Shown here: positions 21,296-34,700 of the stretch, in pieces | Numbering within the stretch: position 1 is the stretch's first letter | Layout of the letters: every line of letters begins with the position of its first letter | Source: Marsupella aquatica | Taxonomy: Eukaryota; Plantae; Marchantiophyta | Direction: 5' to 3' | NCBI GenBank assembly: GCA_973895155.1 | Contig: OZ316892.1 | Coordinates: 17,598,357-17,662,356 of the forward strand | Length of the DNA: 64,000 nt | The notes under the pieces: model-generated | The model's database searches: none | Told to the model about the DNA's origin: nothing | The model's input: the letters and a program-made list of their open reading frames with translations, nothing else | Position numbers and translations under genes: made by a program

Positions 21296-24200
21296 ATGTC
21301 TGCAGACGACGATGAGGACTATTGGTCTAACGACGACTTTATTGCCACCATCGAGAACGTTGTCAAGAAAGCAGAGGAAGCCAGGGCAGCAAGACAGGGA
21401 GGGTCACAATTTGCACCTACTCCCAATTCTTCTGCTCCGGTCCCTCCTCACTTGGTCAACTTTCGAATTGGCGAAGCGGCCACTCCATTTCCTTCGGACC
21501 ATGGCGCTCACCATGTCCCTGAATTTCTCAGCTCTGGGCCTGGTCACGGGTCGGTTGCACCAGCACCCTGGGAGGTTCACTCGGGCACGATTTCAAGGGG
21601 AGTGCACGGAGAGGATACAACTGCTGATGTTAGAGGGATCCCTCATCAGCCATTACAGGTTCTCTCAGCTTCCCGAGGAGAAGCTGGTGCCGTTGGTGAG
21701 CATGTTGGTGGACATTACGGAGAACTTATGGCGGAGAAGGATGGGCTGATATCTATTCTCCGTTCTCGTGTCCTGGAGGTGGGTGACTCTTAAGATTTCT
21801 TACCCATGCATGGTGTGTTTGTGAATTCTTGAGGTCAGGCGTTACTAATGACAAGTGTATAAAAGTCCACGCACCTTGTGATGGCATTGTCGATCTTAAA
21901 GTGTGTTTGTATGGCTCAAAACTGCCCCCACATCTTGATTTGAAATTAGGCCTCCGATGAGATGCGTCTAAGAGGACTCGCGACTTGCAATGAGACAGTC
22001 TCTTGAGGGCGGTGATCCGACCGACAAGCCGAGGCGAGTAAACATATGAAGATTACCTGAGCAACTCTAATCCACAACACTGTATTGATTTTTAACAAAG
22101 TAATGACATCCATTTTCCTCGTGAAAGGACTTCTCACACTGCAGTGTTCCTATTACGTTGCAGTGGTGTTAGCCCTTTCCGCTGTTAGTTTGTTAAACAT
22201 CTATTGCTCTACATATGGTAAGCGTCGACGTGGAACAGTTTTCTCGCTCACTTGGCCAGGATGTAGGTCTACTTCACAGTTAAAGCTCTGAATTTGGCCA
22301 CAATTTCTTTTCACTTCTAATTGCCAAAATGATCGGGCTCGATACAGTGAGGGCTTGCATTAAAAATAGCGAGCCAAGTTTCAGTATGGGAATTTTTCAG
22401 TATATGTTTTGGCCTTTCAAGCAGGAGACTGAGTCTACTGTTTCCAGTTTACAGAAGTTACAGGCTGCGGTCTACACTTGATCATAGCCAAAGTAGATCT
22501 CATAGAGCTATCCCTTCACATTTTGTGAAAACCTTTTATCAGGGATGCAAGGATTGATCTATTTAAATTACCGCAGAACCACGGAGTATGATGTGCTCAC
22601 TGCTGAATTGTGTAAATTTAGATGCTTGGGTAATTCCTCATTGGCTTGTTGTTAGTCTGTGCGATCAGGCAGAACGGCAACTTGACGAGTTGCGCAATGG
22701 GGTCGGCCCTCAAAATGTTTCTCACCCCTCTACTTATCAGCAGCAGGTACTTCTTTCTTTTCCCCAGAGAAAAACCTTTTGTTGCCTCAGATATTGATGT
22801 CATTTTCAGTCCTTTAGTTAGATTTGAGTTAAACCCGTTCCTTGAACGTAAATAGAGATGAGGACAAAAACAAATTCTTGCCAAAAAAGAAGTCTATGCC
22901 TATCTCCCGTTTATATTTGCCCCATCCCCGTTTTTTGTTCCTCCTCACTTTGTCCTGATTTAGAGTCCAGTTTTGTCCTTATTTGGAGTTACGGTCTGGA
23001 GGCTTCACTCTACACCCTAGCCCGTAAAAGTAGCTAATGTTCGTGATTTATTAGTAAGATTTGATCTCTGCTTGCAATTGGACTACTCAGTATGGCAACT
23101 TGATTTTTGAATCATTTCTGCATGGGCTGGTGTGGGTTGAAAAGTGAAGGCATTGCTTATGGATATTGGTGAAGGATTCTTTTTATCACTTCTTTGGCTC
23201 TGCTGACTTTGGTGGGTTCAATCTCTTCGTCGGGGTTTTGTAGCTAGAGGTGGAACGCCTCTCTGTACAGCTCATGTTCAAGGTAAGTCAAATTCTACTT
23301 TTGGCCCCGTGAAACCCTGTCAAATGTCATAAGGAAAGAGGTGTTGCAAGTAAGAGTACTTTCTCATGTACTTGAACCACTACTTGAGCTCTCAAACTAG
23401 CTACAAAGTCTTCACTATGAGACATGGGGGGATGTGTCACGACAAATTGTTCCTGAGCCTATCTTTCTGCAGGACCATGAGATAATTGAAGGTCAAAGAG
23501 CTCGTGCTGACAAGGAACAACGACACAACGACGCCTTGGCTGAGACTGCTGCACTTAGGGCAGAACTCGAAAGTTTAAAGAAATCCAGGTAAGACTATCC
23601 CTCGACGGACACTCTTCTTGGTACTTGTATGTCGCCTTTCCGCACACAAGTGTTCCTCCATTGTCTATTCTCTCAGTTTCTATATGAACTTCGCAGTCAA
23701 GAATAACCTACTATCTCTGAGAGAACATTCAACCCGTAAAACTACGTTTCTACTTATGTGTCGCCTAATGTTGTCTAGTGCATTCTCATCATTCTTGGAG
23801 GTGTTGACGTCATGATCCGAACTCAAGGACTCCGGTCATTTCGCATCTGACCTTTCCAGTCTAGCTTTTCTCGTGGGGTTTAGACGTCTAATGCTGAAGT
23901 TCCTGCACAACTGGTGTTTTAGTTTCAAGATTGCTTTTGAGGATTGCACCTTGGTGGCAGACAAGCAGCTGCTGAATGGAAACGACCACGAAATGAACCA
24001 GACATGGAGGAATTTTCTGGAGGTGCTGTAGCTTTTCCGCGTGAAAGTATGAGAAACACAAGTGGAGTGCTAATGCTAAACCAGGATCCCTGGTCACCTC
24101 CCTGGATGCCAGAGGGAGTCCTAGAGCCTGTGGGTAACACGACCACTGGATTACATCTGACGCCACAAGAAGAATCACCCAACATTGAGACAGTCAAATT

Positions 24201-27200
24201 ACGGATTGGTGGGAACGGTGAGCCTTCTCCGTCTACCATCTCATATACCAAACTGCTATTACTGGGCTCTAATGACGACAAGCCTACAGTGGGAGAGGCT
24301 TTACAATCACAGTTTACTTCCATTCGTTGTGGCACAATGTTTGAGCAGAAAGCTTACCCGAAATGCTGCCTGATAGTCAACTGCGAAGGTCAATTTTAGT
24401 TGTCGTAGTTAAACTGAGATGACTTGTTTAGAGAACCAGTGCACTGCAACATGCTCACTGTTGTATCAGGTTTTCCTCAATTTCAGGAACCTTTAGACCT
24501 GCCTTGTTGCTTTAAAAGTTTCTCCTCACATATGTGTTCAGGGGAGCATGATTTTGCAAAATCAATATTAGAATTGAGAAATGTCCTGATGTATCTTCTT
24601 TCTTCGTTCACTGTATTTGTCCATCAGTCATTTAATTGGCAACTGTTAGCCCTTGATGAATTGGGTGCAAGAAATCATTAGTCAGATGATCCTCAATTGC
24701 TGACTGAAGAGACTCTGAGTCTCTTTGCTGTAAGGACTGTAATTGGAAAACTCTTTTACCTGTTTGGCTGACAGGACTTGTCTGGCTTCTGACAGGTTCC
24801 GTAAGTTTGAATGTGGGGAAGGAGTCCACAAAAACTGATATACTGCAAGTGAGTATCAACATTCCAACATATCTATGGCTGTTCTTAAGGTTTATTCTCC
24901 TGTACGCAGGGAAAGATTATTCCTCTTTGCCTATTAGTGCGGGTTTTCGACAGGGATCTCACGGTTTGGTGGCAGGCAAATGAAAGCCACAAAAGAGGCA
25001 TGCGTAGGAGAACTGGCACGAGCACGACCGAGAGATCAGATGGCGAAGAGCCACCTGCTATTGAACAATTGAGCGTTCATTTTTCAAGAACAAGTGACAT
25101 GTATTATTCTCTACAGCATCTCTGGGGACTGAAGGGTGTCAGGAATGATGGCATCTCTTTGTTATCGAAACTGTATGCCAGCTGCAGGCAAGAGCTATAC
25201 ACATTGTTCACATATGGAGACTCTCAGGTTGTGAAGAACCTGAGAAGCTCCAATAGAGGAACGGAACGGCAGTCCGAAGGTGGGACAATCTCAGAGAAAC
25301 TTCACACAGCTCTGGCAAAGGTATCTAACGTCGCATGTACAGCGGTGCTGCTTGAATATGGCTTGTTAGATCTCAGATTAACGGATACAGCCGTTATCAT
25401 TTTGTTTGTCTGATTTAGGCCCGTGTTCAGTCTTTGACCGGTGCATATGTTCAGACGAAATGCAGAATCTGATTGCAGGCTCCGACAAATGTAGGAAGAC
25501 CTTCTTACGGCATTATCACATTCAGGAGTGAACATCTTGACTTAACTTGTACATTGCTTCAAAACAGGTAGCAAATGGGTTAGCTCACCCGAAGGTTATC
25601 ATCACACCCCTACTTGAGTTCTGCAAGCTAGATGATGTAAGTCAATCTCTCCTTCTCGTTGTCCCCAAAGCTCGCTGAATCGCTCTTCGCATGTGTTGAC
25701 TGTTCTTTTTCCAGTAATTTAGGATATCATAGCTGCCCTGCAGGTCAACCTTGTCGGGAGCGCTCTGCATGTCCTCCGCTGTATTCTTCAGCACGATAGC
25801 ACTTGCAGGCGAAGCCTACTTGTGAGGTACGGTACCGTGTTTGTATTGTTCATTGAGTCTTATACGAAATCTAGTTGAGTTTCAGTGAGCTTTGTGCTGC
25901 ATGGATCATGATGGTCACACTCGTCAATTGTCTCTGCAACTCCTGCGTTCAGGATTAATCATATCTGTGTTCTTCAGTCGTGTTCAGTCCAGTATCCAAG
26001 TTTTCTTGCTGGTTGCGTACTCCTGACATTGTCCCTTGGCTTTTTGGATATTCTTCCAGGCGAACCCACCAGCGTTCTGACGGTCAAGGGCAACCTTCTT
26101 CCTGTTGTAAACCTTTGGAGGAGGAGAAGATTGCTGAAGAGAAGGGTTGGTGCATACAAGGTGTTCCAAATGAGAGCAGCAGTTGCAGCGTTATGTTCTC
26201 TTCACCTAGAATTAAGTTTTATCCTCAAGCAGGGGATAATTTTGTCCAATTCACACATGGGAGAAGATTTCTTGCAGAAAATAGTATTGACAAAGGTGGG
26301 AAGGAGCCACACAGGGATTCTGACCAACTTCAGCGACAGGTTTCAGAATATAGAGAGGCAGGGTTTGATGACACTGTATTTCCTGCAGAAGCCCCGAATC
26401 TCCTAGTGAAATGGATGCTCGATTTAGCGCTGACAAGCTTAAGTCCAAATGTGAAGTTTGAGGCCATTGCGAACCTTGGAGTCCTGGTGATGAACAGTGA
26501 ACCTGTCACAGAAAGGTCAATGTATGTTACTGTCCAAACTCTTTCTTACTAGGCAGTAGACATCTTCAAAGGGCTCAGGGGATGTCCACTTCTGGATAAA
26601 ACCATATTGTTTCAAGAAGTGATGTACTCCTTTAAAGAAAAAATTATTGCTAACAGAATGCTCAGCTTATTCGGTCTATGATGATCCAGGTTTGGACCTC
26701 TTCTCTGTCACGGGGCCATAGATCTACTTCTGAAGGAGTCTTCCAGGGCTGAAATCCAGCTTCAGGCAGTAAGGATTGTTCATCTTCTGTTACATTGTAG
26801 GTCTGGACATACCTCTATTCAGTTGACACTTCACGTACCATAATTGCATTGTTTGTCTTAACCGTCGATTCGGCTCAACTCAACCATCCGTTTCTCTTAT
26901 TCTCGCATTCCATGGAACAGCCTGTACTCCTCAATATTGAACGACATACAAGATTTGTTGAATTAGTCTTCCGACATCTATCTGCAGATTGATTCATTGT
27001 TCACTCCAAAGAGGTTGTTGAAACTACTTTGCCGATTGGAATTGGATTTCGACTCGTGTCCCATGGCAATGCCATGCGCACTGTCTCTTAGCAGGCTCTA
27101 TCCTAACCAATCTGCTTGTGGTCCCTGGTTCAGGCCCTACCATCATTGAAAGATTTTGTGCTGCCGATGATGGTCATCAGGCGATGATGCTTCATTCAAA

Positions 27201-28457
27201 TATGGTCAATGGGAGAGATGCGGGAATACTCCTACACTTCGAAAATCAGACTGATAAGCCTCCAGTTGATAACCAAGGCATTTCAGGTGCCCAAACTGAG
27301 CAGAAATCAGAGATTGCATTTCGTTCATATCCACAGCAGTCATCTTATACAGACCTGAGCAAAGTGAAGTTGGTGGAGGCTCTGACAGAATGCCTTAAGT
27401 ACACTGGCAACAATCCACAAGTGAGTCCCTTTCGTTTCGTTTGAAGAGGCTAAACTTATCTCTTCACTGAGACTACATTTCAAAGCACGATGTGCCGTGA
27501 ATGTTGTTGGAAAAAAGAGTTGAAAGAAACAAAATTCTCTGAGTAGCCACAATATTGCTCTCAACTATAGATTGAGGTTGTGAGGATGGTACTGCAGATC
27601 ACTTTATCTCTGTTCCTGCTAAAGTTTCACATGGAAATTCGATTATTCCAGGAATGCGCGCTGCACAGGAGTGTCATCAGATTGCTATCCTTCATAATGG
27701 CTTTTGGAGACCCTGGTGCAGCTGCCCTCATGCGAGCAGGAGCTTCATGTGAGAACCTAGAGCAGTGGACAAGTAAAGATGACGCAAAAGTGGAAAGGGT
27801 AGTGAGTGGGGAGAGTGCTAGTGGCCAGAATATTGTTGGTGATGGATCTGGTTTGATTCACCTGAAAGGTCAGGATCCGGGTGACAAAGAGAATGGAATT
27901 CCAGTAGGTATGGTTGACGGAAGTGCAGTTGACTCTGAAAAGCCACAAAATATCCCTCAGCGACTTTTGGCTCTAATTGATTGTGAGCTGGATGCCGAAG
28001 AGAGAGAAGAATGGGAGGACCCAAGCATTGCGGAAGAGAGGTATGTTCTAGCCACGGAGAAATGTTGCTATATTAATAAGGTGGAGACCCCACTTACACA
28101 GACAAGTGGTGATTTGACTTTATGTTTATGTGACTGTTCTGTGACTTATTGAGTGTTCGTATGAAATGCAGGGGTCATTTAATACATGAGGCAGTTACGT
28201 TGTTGTGTAGCCTTTCTTCAGACCCAGTCCAATCGCCTGTTGTTTTAGGACACCTCATCAGCAACAAAGATATGGCAAGGTTGACACTTAGTGTCACCAA
28301 TCGCCTACTTTCAAGAAAGTCGCATTCAAAGCATTCTTGGGCTAGGCAGATGTCATCGTCTCCTAAAAACTTTGACATAGCAGAGCTTGCAAGAGGTTTG
28401 AGAGGACGTGTATTGAGAACTTTGGAAGAAACCTCGCCATTTTCCTTCTACCAATGA
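21296..28457 (+). CDS. SUV2: ATR-interacting protein (ATRIP / SENSITIVE TO UV 2)-like, ~14 exons
   Basis: Exons approx. 21296-21778, 22669-22746, 23244-23282, 23473-23588, 23961-24217, 24775(or 24796)-24848, 24976-25320, 25568-25636, 25744-25826, 26060-26521, 26690-26796, 27134-27420, 27652-28040, 28172-28457. Acidic N-terminus, coiled coil, LQHLWG..GISLLSKL, and C-terminal LIHEAVTLL..KDMARLTLSVTNRL..IAELARGLRGRV resemble plant SUV2 as recalled. Confidence 0.82.
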
Positions 28458-31400
28458 GTTTTGAGTTGCGAATTACATGGTACAACGTGTCTGGGCATAC
28501 TACAGTGTCGAGCTTCTTAGTACGTGTGAATCTAGCCTATCTGACATGGCTGGGGGGATTCGTCAATATAATCAGCTGGAAATTTGGGAGACAATTTCCT
28601 CATCTTGAAACAGAGAAATCATCAAACAGCAAAAGCACCGTGGGATTGATCATTGGCAAAGTCAGTTAAATCCGCCGGTCATTAATTATGTAAGATCACA
28701 AATTCTACCAGGACATTTTACAAGGTACAGGTTGAACTGAATTACAGAAGTGACTTTTCATGAAGACTTGCGGAAAGGTTCTATTTCATGAAGTTCTTTC
28801 TGGATAGTTAGCTAAACCTTCCATGCCTAGGTGCCGTTTCAGTTACATCGATCTAATTTATGACCTTTTTGGGTTGTGGCACAGGCCCCAGTTTTCTGTA
28901 TCTCACAAACAGTGCGACTGCACTGCAAAGATCAAATTGCAAGTACGATTTTCGGTAAAATCTCTGCCCATTCCCTTGTAAAGCTCACCGTAAGTTAAAG
29001 TAACTCTTGGCACGGAGATCTTTGCTACAGACCCAAAAGTTAGGTTGTGTGGGACCTAATTTACCCTTACCTGTACAGTGAAGCTGAACAGCATGGGTGT
29101 GAATGCCAATTTGGGTTTGTGGGCTACTCTCTTTACCGTCCAACACGAAAGAGTCGGACCTGATTTCTTGCTCAGATGCTGTACTGGGGGCCCCTATAAC
29201 ACTACTTTATGTTTACTGTGTTGTATAATAAGTTGAGACAGGCCTAGAAATGGCCCCACTGTAACACCGTTTCCATGTTTTCATTGTTATATAAGAAGTT
29301 GGGTAGGCCTAGACATGGCCCTGTACCTTTGGTATCAGGCTTCTAGGCCATGCACAGCACCCAATAAATTTAGAAGAATCCTAGTTATTATTCCTGCAAA
29401 TTCAAAGGTTTGAATCACGGCTTCGATGTCAACGGGCAACTAGAGCACGGTGTATGGGCTCCACTGTCTGGGCTCTAGGATGACTGCAAGGTGCTCTGTG
29501 GTTTCATTGGTGTTTTCAGCCAAAAGGAGGTTCCATGTACAGTTGTGAACAAGTTTTTCAGTTTTGCTCAATTTCCAAAAATATTGGCGTATTCTCAAAC
29601 TCTTTCAGATCGAGTCCCACGGCAACAGATAAAGTCATACCGCTTGCCAAACACATGGTTCTAAAGCTGCTTTTCCCTACTCATGATGAAAAATAGACTT
29701 TGAAATATGTTACATACACCTCAAGGACAGTGCTCCAATACAGAAATATGCCAAGCAGGTGTGGGGGTGGGGGGAAGGGGGAGGGGGGCTTGAATTGCTA
29801 TATAGCCCTAAGTTGAGGCTTGGATGTATCACAATGTTTGACCTTGGGATATTGATATACCAAGTAGGCTAGGACACCCAAAATAACGAATATTATAGGA
29901 ATGAAAAGTTTTATCTGATCAACAAATCATGCTTCAGTGGTCCATGCAAGTTGAAGTAATTCATCGGGGAATCTTATCAAATGTGATGGTCTATTTGTCA
30001 GAGTATCGTCGACATCAACCACCCAAATATCTTGCAAAAGAAATGTATGGCATGTCACGAATGTTTCTCTATGGTAAAGTGTAAAAGGATACACCATGAG
30101 GGCTAAGTGTTACCCATCTAGAATCTCATTCTCTAGGACAGTACAAATGGCATCCGAGGTTAGCCTCATCCATCCCAAGGTATCCCAGTAACCTTTGCCA
30201 TCAGATCTGGTCATGACCTGTCCAGATTTGGGGATTCCTAAGTCTCCTGAAGAACAAATCCACTGAGCCCTGAGCATGTAGTAGAATTATTCTGCTTTGA
30301 GGTCTGAGTTTTAGCTTTCAACGTTTAAGTAGGATGCCACAAATTTGTACGTACCTACAAATCCGTCCTGGCTTTTTGGTCTTATGTTTAGGGTTTTTGT
30401 CTTATGTTTAGGGCTACCTTTAGTTTCCAGGTTAGTATTAGATTCAGTCTACTTCTAGGCTTTTGTGTCTTCCCAAGCATCTTAACACTAAGACCTTTAC
30501 ATTACTTTGGTTAGGGTATTCTTTTGTCTCCTTCATAGGTTATCCCATAAAATCATGCTTAGGCCTGGACTGTTGTCTTTGGCTCTTTTTGTACTTGCAC
30601 CTTAGCTTACGTATTAAAGTTTGGGCCATTTTTCAAACATTACTTTTGAACTCAGATTTACTTTGTCTAAATGGTCGCACTTTGGGCTCTCAAAAGCTGC
30701 TAAGCTGTCCATTCAAGTTGCGTGGGCAAATTTTGTGGTACATCTGAACATCAACTTCTGGCCATAATGATTTGTTAGTGATTTTCCTCAAAATTTCCTG
30801 ACGTGATTCGATTGGCAAAATCTGGATCAAAATCCAGTAGATATTTGCCCTAAAAGAAGGCCACCTCAAAGAAAAACCAAGATGGTAAAAGCCCCAAAAT
30901 CACAACCACTAAAGGAAATTTAAAGAATGTAAAGTCCAACCACACAAGCTGAAGGGAAACCAGTCAAAACTGACTCTTACTAGAGCTAAACACTCAAAGT
31001 AGCGGCATTAGAACAAGACTCAGTGGGGAGAGTGAATTCAAGTGTAGTCCTTCAGGCCGAGAAAGTTTAAGGGCTCAGATCTCCATCTTTGCCAGAATGA
31101 AGAGTTTGAAATGAGTACTGCATTAGGATATCAAGATTACCTCTGTATCCAAAGCTAGATTTAGCTCGTTCCGTTGGCATGTTTCTACTGGTCAGCAAAG
31201 CATGCATTGGAAGCATTAGATTACCTATGTATCCAAAGCTAAACATCAAATCCCTTACATAGTCTTCTCCATCTTATGTCAAATTTGCAACATTCTTCGC
31301 ATTTAGACTGTTTATAAGCTTTGCAGGAATGGAGTATCAAGAGAAGAATCTCTACCACACTAATTAGTAGCAATTGCAACTAGTGGCATCTAATCAAGAG

Positions 31401-31788
31401 ATTCAAGCCTTCATGACAATGGATATCTCACAAAATCAATTTATTATGATGCGAATTCAAGGAGATTTAAGGGTCATTAGAGATGTGAATACAGTTGAGG
31501 GGAGAAAACAAAAGGCCATTTTGAGATTCAATTCATCTATACATATTTCTCTCTCGAGGTAGACATGATAAGAGAAATTAAAATGACAAATGAACTGATG
31601 GATGAGGGGAGGAGTTCAGAGATATGGCAATTAGCTGTGAAGCTATTGTAAAGGAAATGCATTGGACATCCTTGAGGACCGATTTAGTCAAACCCAAGCC
31701 AGTTTGATTAATCAATCCCATCTTGCAAAGAAGCAACGCCACCATGGTTCTACCAATTTTCTTTGTTTATGAGTGTCTACTCTTCCAG

Positions 31789-34700
31789 TTCAGGAAGATG
31801 GGTGCTAAGTGCATCAAGGTTTGACAAAACTGTCCTTCTTTTGTTTGCAATGCTCTACTACAGTTTGTTATTAATTAATTGAATACCAGAGAAAAAAATT
31901 TGCTTGAAAGTCTCAAGCTGTGCTATTGAAATCCTGGACGAAAATAAAAGTTCACTGATAGTTAATGTGCAGCAAAAGCCATTGCGAATCTTTAGAGTGG
32001 GTATTGCCATTATCCTGTCTTGATCTGCATATTATTGGGGCTTTTCAAGTAATTAATAGATGGTCAAATAATATTCTACTGTCATAAACAGCAACAAATG
32101 ACAAGTTGTAGCTAATTATGGGAAAAAATCTCAAGATTGTTATAGTCAAGGATCATAAGCTTTTCTGGCCGGTCAATCTCAATTAGGACTAAGTTCGCCA
32201 AACTGGATTGATGATCCCCTACCTTTCATTTTGAGTAAACTTTGCACATTGTGTATAAAATGCGCACTTCATTTCACTCACTTCTTAATTTGCAACGACA
32301 AAGGTGAGAGAACATTAACATGTTGGACCAGTGGCAAAGAAGTTATTGCTTTGGACAAAGTTTAAGAAGAGTGAAAATCGTCCATGGAGGATGACTGTAT
32401 GTGATACATACTGCACAAATCAATTTCTTCACCAAGTGTAACTATTAATCCGTAGTTCAAGCTCCTGCATTTAGTTGTGTAGAAAGGGCACACAACCATC
32501 AATCACTGATAGCTCATTGAGCAACTGTTTCGGTAATGCTGAAGTTATAAGCATGATAATGATAATCACAGTGAAGCTCACAAACCGTTTAAATGTATTG
32601 TAGGCAATTTCTGCTGCAAGGGCAAAGCTGAAAGGCAGGGATTTGGATTTGTCCGATTTCCACTCTTTTCTATCCTTTACTGGTACTCGCCTTAATCCAG
32701 AGGTATATTTCTATCTCACTCCTGCTGGCACAAATTTATGTGACTGAGGTTCATGAATACTTTGAATCACTGTCATCTCCAAGGGCTCCACAAGTGTAAG
32801 TAAATTGTGATGAGCAGCAAAATATGTCATTAACGTACATATGCTGGAGCCAAACACAGGAGATGGAATTGCTGATGAAGAGTCATTGCAAAGATGACAA
32901 AGTATACAATTTCTTAGACATGATGGACAAGATCAGGGGAGGGGTACGCGGCCTTTTTAAACCCGACCTCCTTTTTAAACCCGACCTTCAAACGTATGCC
33001 AAAACTTAACTAATTAGAAATGATTCACCTTTAATGTTGATTAGAGATCATTACACAGGATCACTTCCTTATGTGTTATCACTTTGAAGGGTTCTTGGGA
33101 TGGCTTTTGATGTTGGGACTGTGATGTTATATTGAATACCCTGTTCATATAGTGAGGGTGTTCCCCAACCTGAGCCATTTTGCCTGTTTTGGAAAAAATC
33201 CCCTTTTGTTAAGCGTTCCCCTTTTGTTAGAAAAATTAATTAGTGCTCAAGAGATAAACAGTGACACCAAAATATTGTCCCTAAATTGCTTGAAGGTGAT
33301 CAAATTTGGATTATCTTGAGAGGCCCATGCAAGATTTTGAAAGACTCACTATGCAGCTCTTGGCCCATTGGAGTCTTCAGAAAGTTAAAAACGAGTCAAA
33401 GCTAGTGTTTCAATTATAGTCAACTTTTTTTGTTTTCCATTCACATTCGATTGTCAAGTGCTCCACAGTTCATCTCTTGGGACGGTGTGTTGTTAATGTA
33501 GCTGACGAAGTCTCGAGAGAAACTTGTAAACATGGCTTACAAAAGGCTAGACAAGGTAAGTACTTGAATGTGCTTTTGTTACTAGATGCTTTTAAACATC
33601 ACCTGTGCTAAGTACTTCTTGAAGCTTTATGTGAGCTTTTACATATATTGTCTACTGGGTTAGTGTTGAATAGCTAGGTTGGTCTTCAACCCCAAAACAT
33701 TCTTCATATTTTAAATACGAAAACCCTGTAGAAATTGGATCAAGAGTTTTGAAGTATTGGAAAAAATAAGAATGTCTATGAGGGGATGCAAAAAGCCAGA
33801 TTAAGATTATAATATAGTAGAGTTTGACTTACTGTTGAACAATGTAAACCTTTATAGCTTGTTGGCCTCTCAATCAACTCCCTCACTGTATCTGTAGACC
33901 TAAGATTCATCCAACAGAAGCTGCATGAATGAACCAGTGTCAAGGCCACAATCACCAAAGTTCTATACTTATCAGCTAATCAACTTTTGCTATTTCAAAT
34001 CAAAAGAAGAAAACCAACCAAATTTATTTATTTATCAAGGTGCAAGAGACTGTAAACGGTGTCTAGTCACATTCTTACTCAAAATGGGGTGATTATAACG
34101 ATTCAAGGTTGTATTTTGATGAGAGAATGTTGCCTACATAGGAAGGAAGTGGTCAAGTGAAGTTGGACACAGTTCGAGAGATCTACAATGCTACAGTGGC
34201 TCCAGATGTGATGCTCGATAAGTGCACCCCTGCTGAAGCCATCATAGCCTACATGGACAAATCATTTGGGCAGCTGGATGTTGTTACTCCCGAGGATTTC
34301 CGCGAGTACTACACACTGCACTATGGTGATTTGCCAGAGGAGGCAAAGTTTGAACTTCGTATGATGAAGGACTACAAGGTCCAGATTCTGACATTCACTG
34401 ATCATTTGTCTTGTGTCCATTATGCTTGTTGATGCACAAAGGGGCCCTAATGCATCTACCAAGAATCGGGTTCTGAGTTTACTAAGCAAGGAGGTCTAAT
34501 ATCGGTATTTACCTTTGTAGCTACTTGTGCCTGAAACATGTAAGCAGGCAATTTGGCTTGTATTGAACTTGATCGGGTTAGCTGGTCACAAAAACATAAT
34601 TAAATTGGGGTAAATGTGAAGTGCAGGTGGCACCTGATGGCTATGATGTAGACAATGCTATCAACAAGGTAAAGCTGATAGTGTACAAAGGCCGAATCAG

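Noticed and set aside
29329-29340. TGGTATCAG resembling a tRNA-iMet PBS
   Set aside because: Only a 9-nt match and no supporting LTR boundary.
30277-31770. Possible decayed LTR retrotransposon
   Set aside because: Looks repeat-derived, but no matching TSD, clear PBS or recognisable gag/pol motif.
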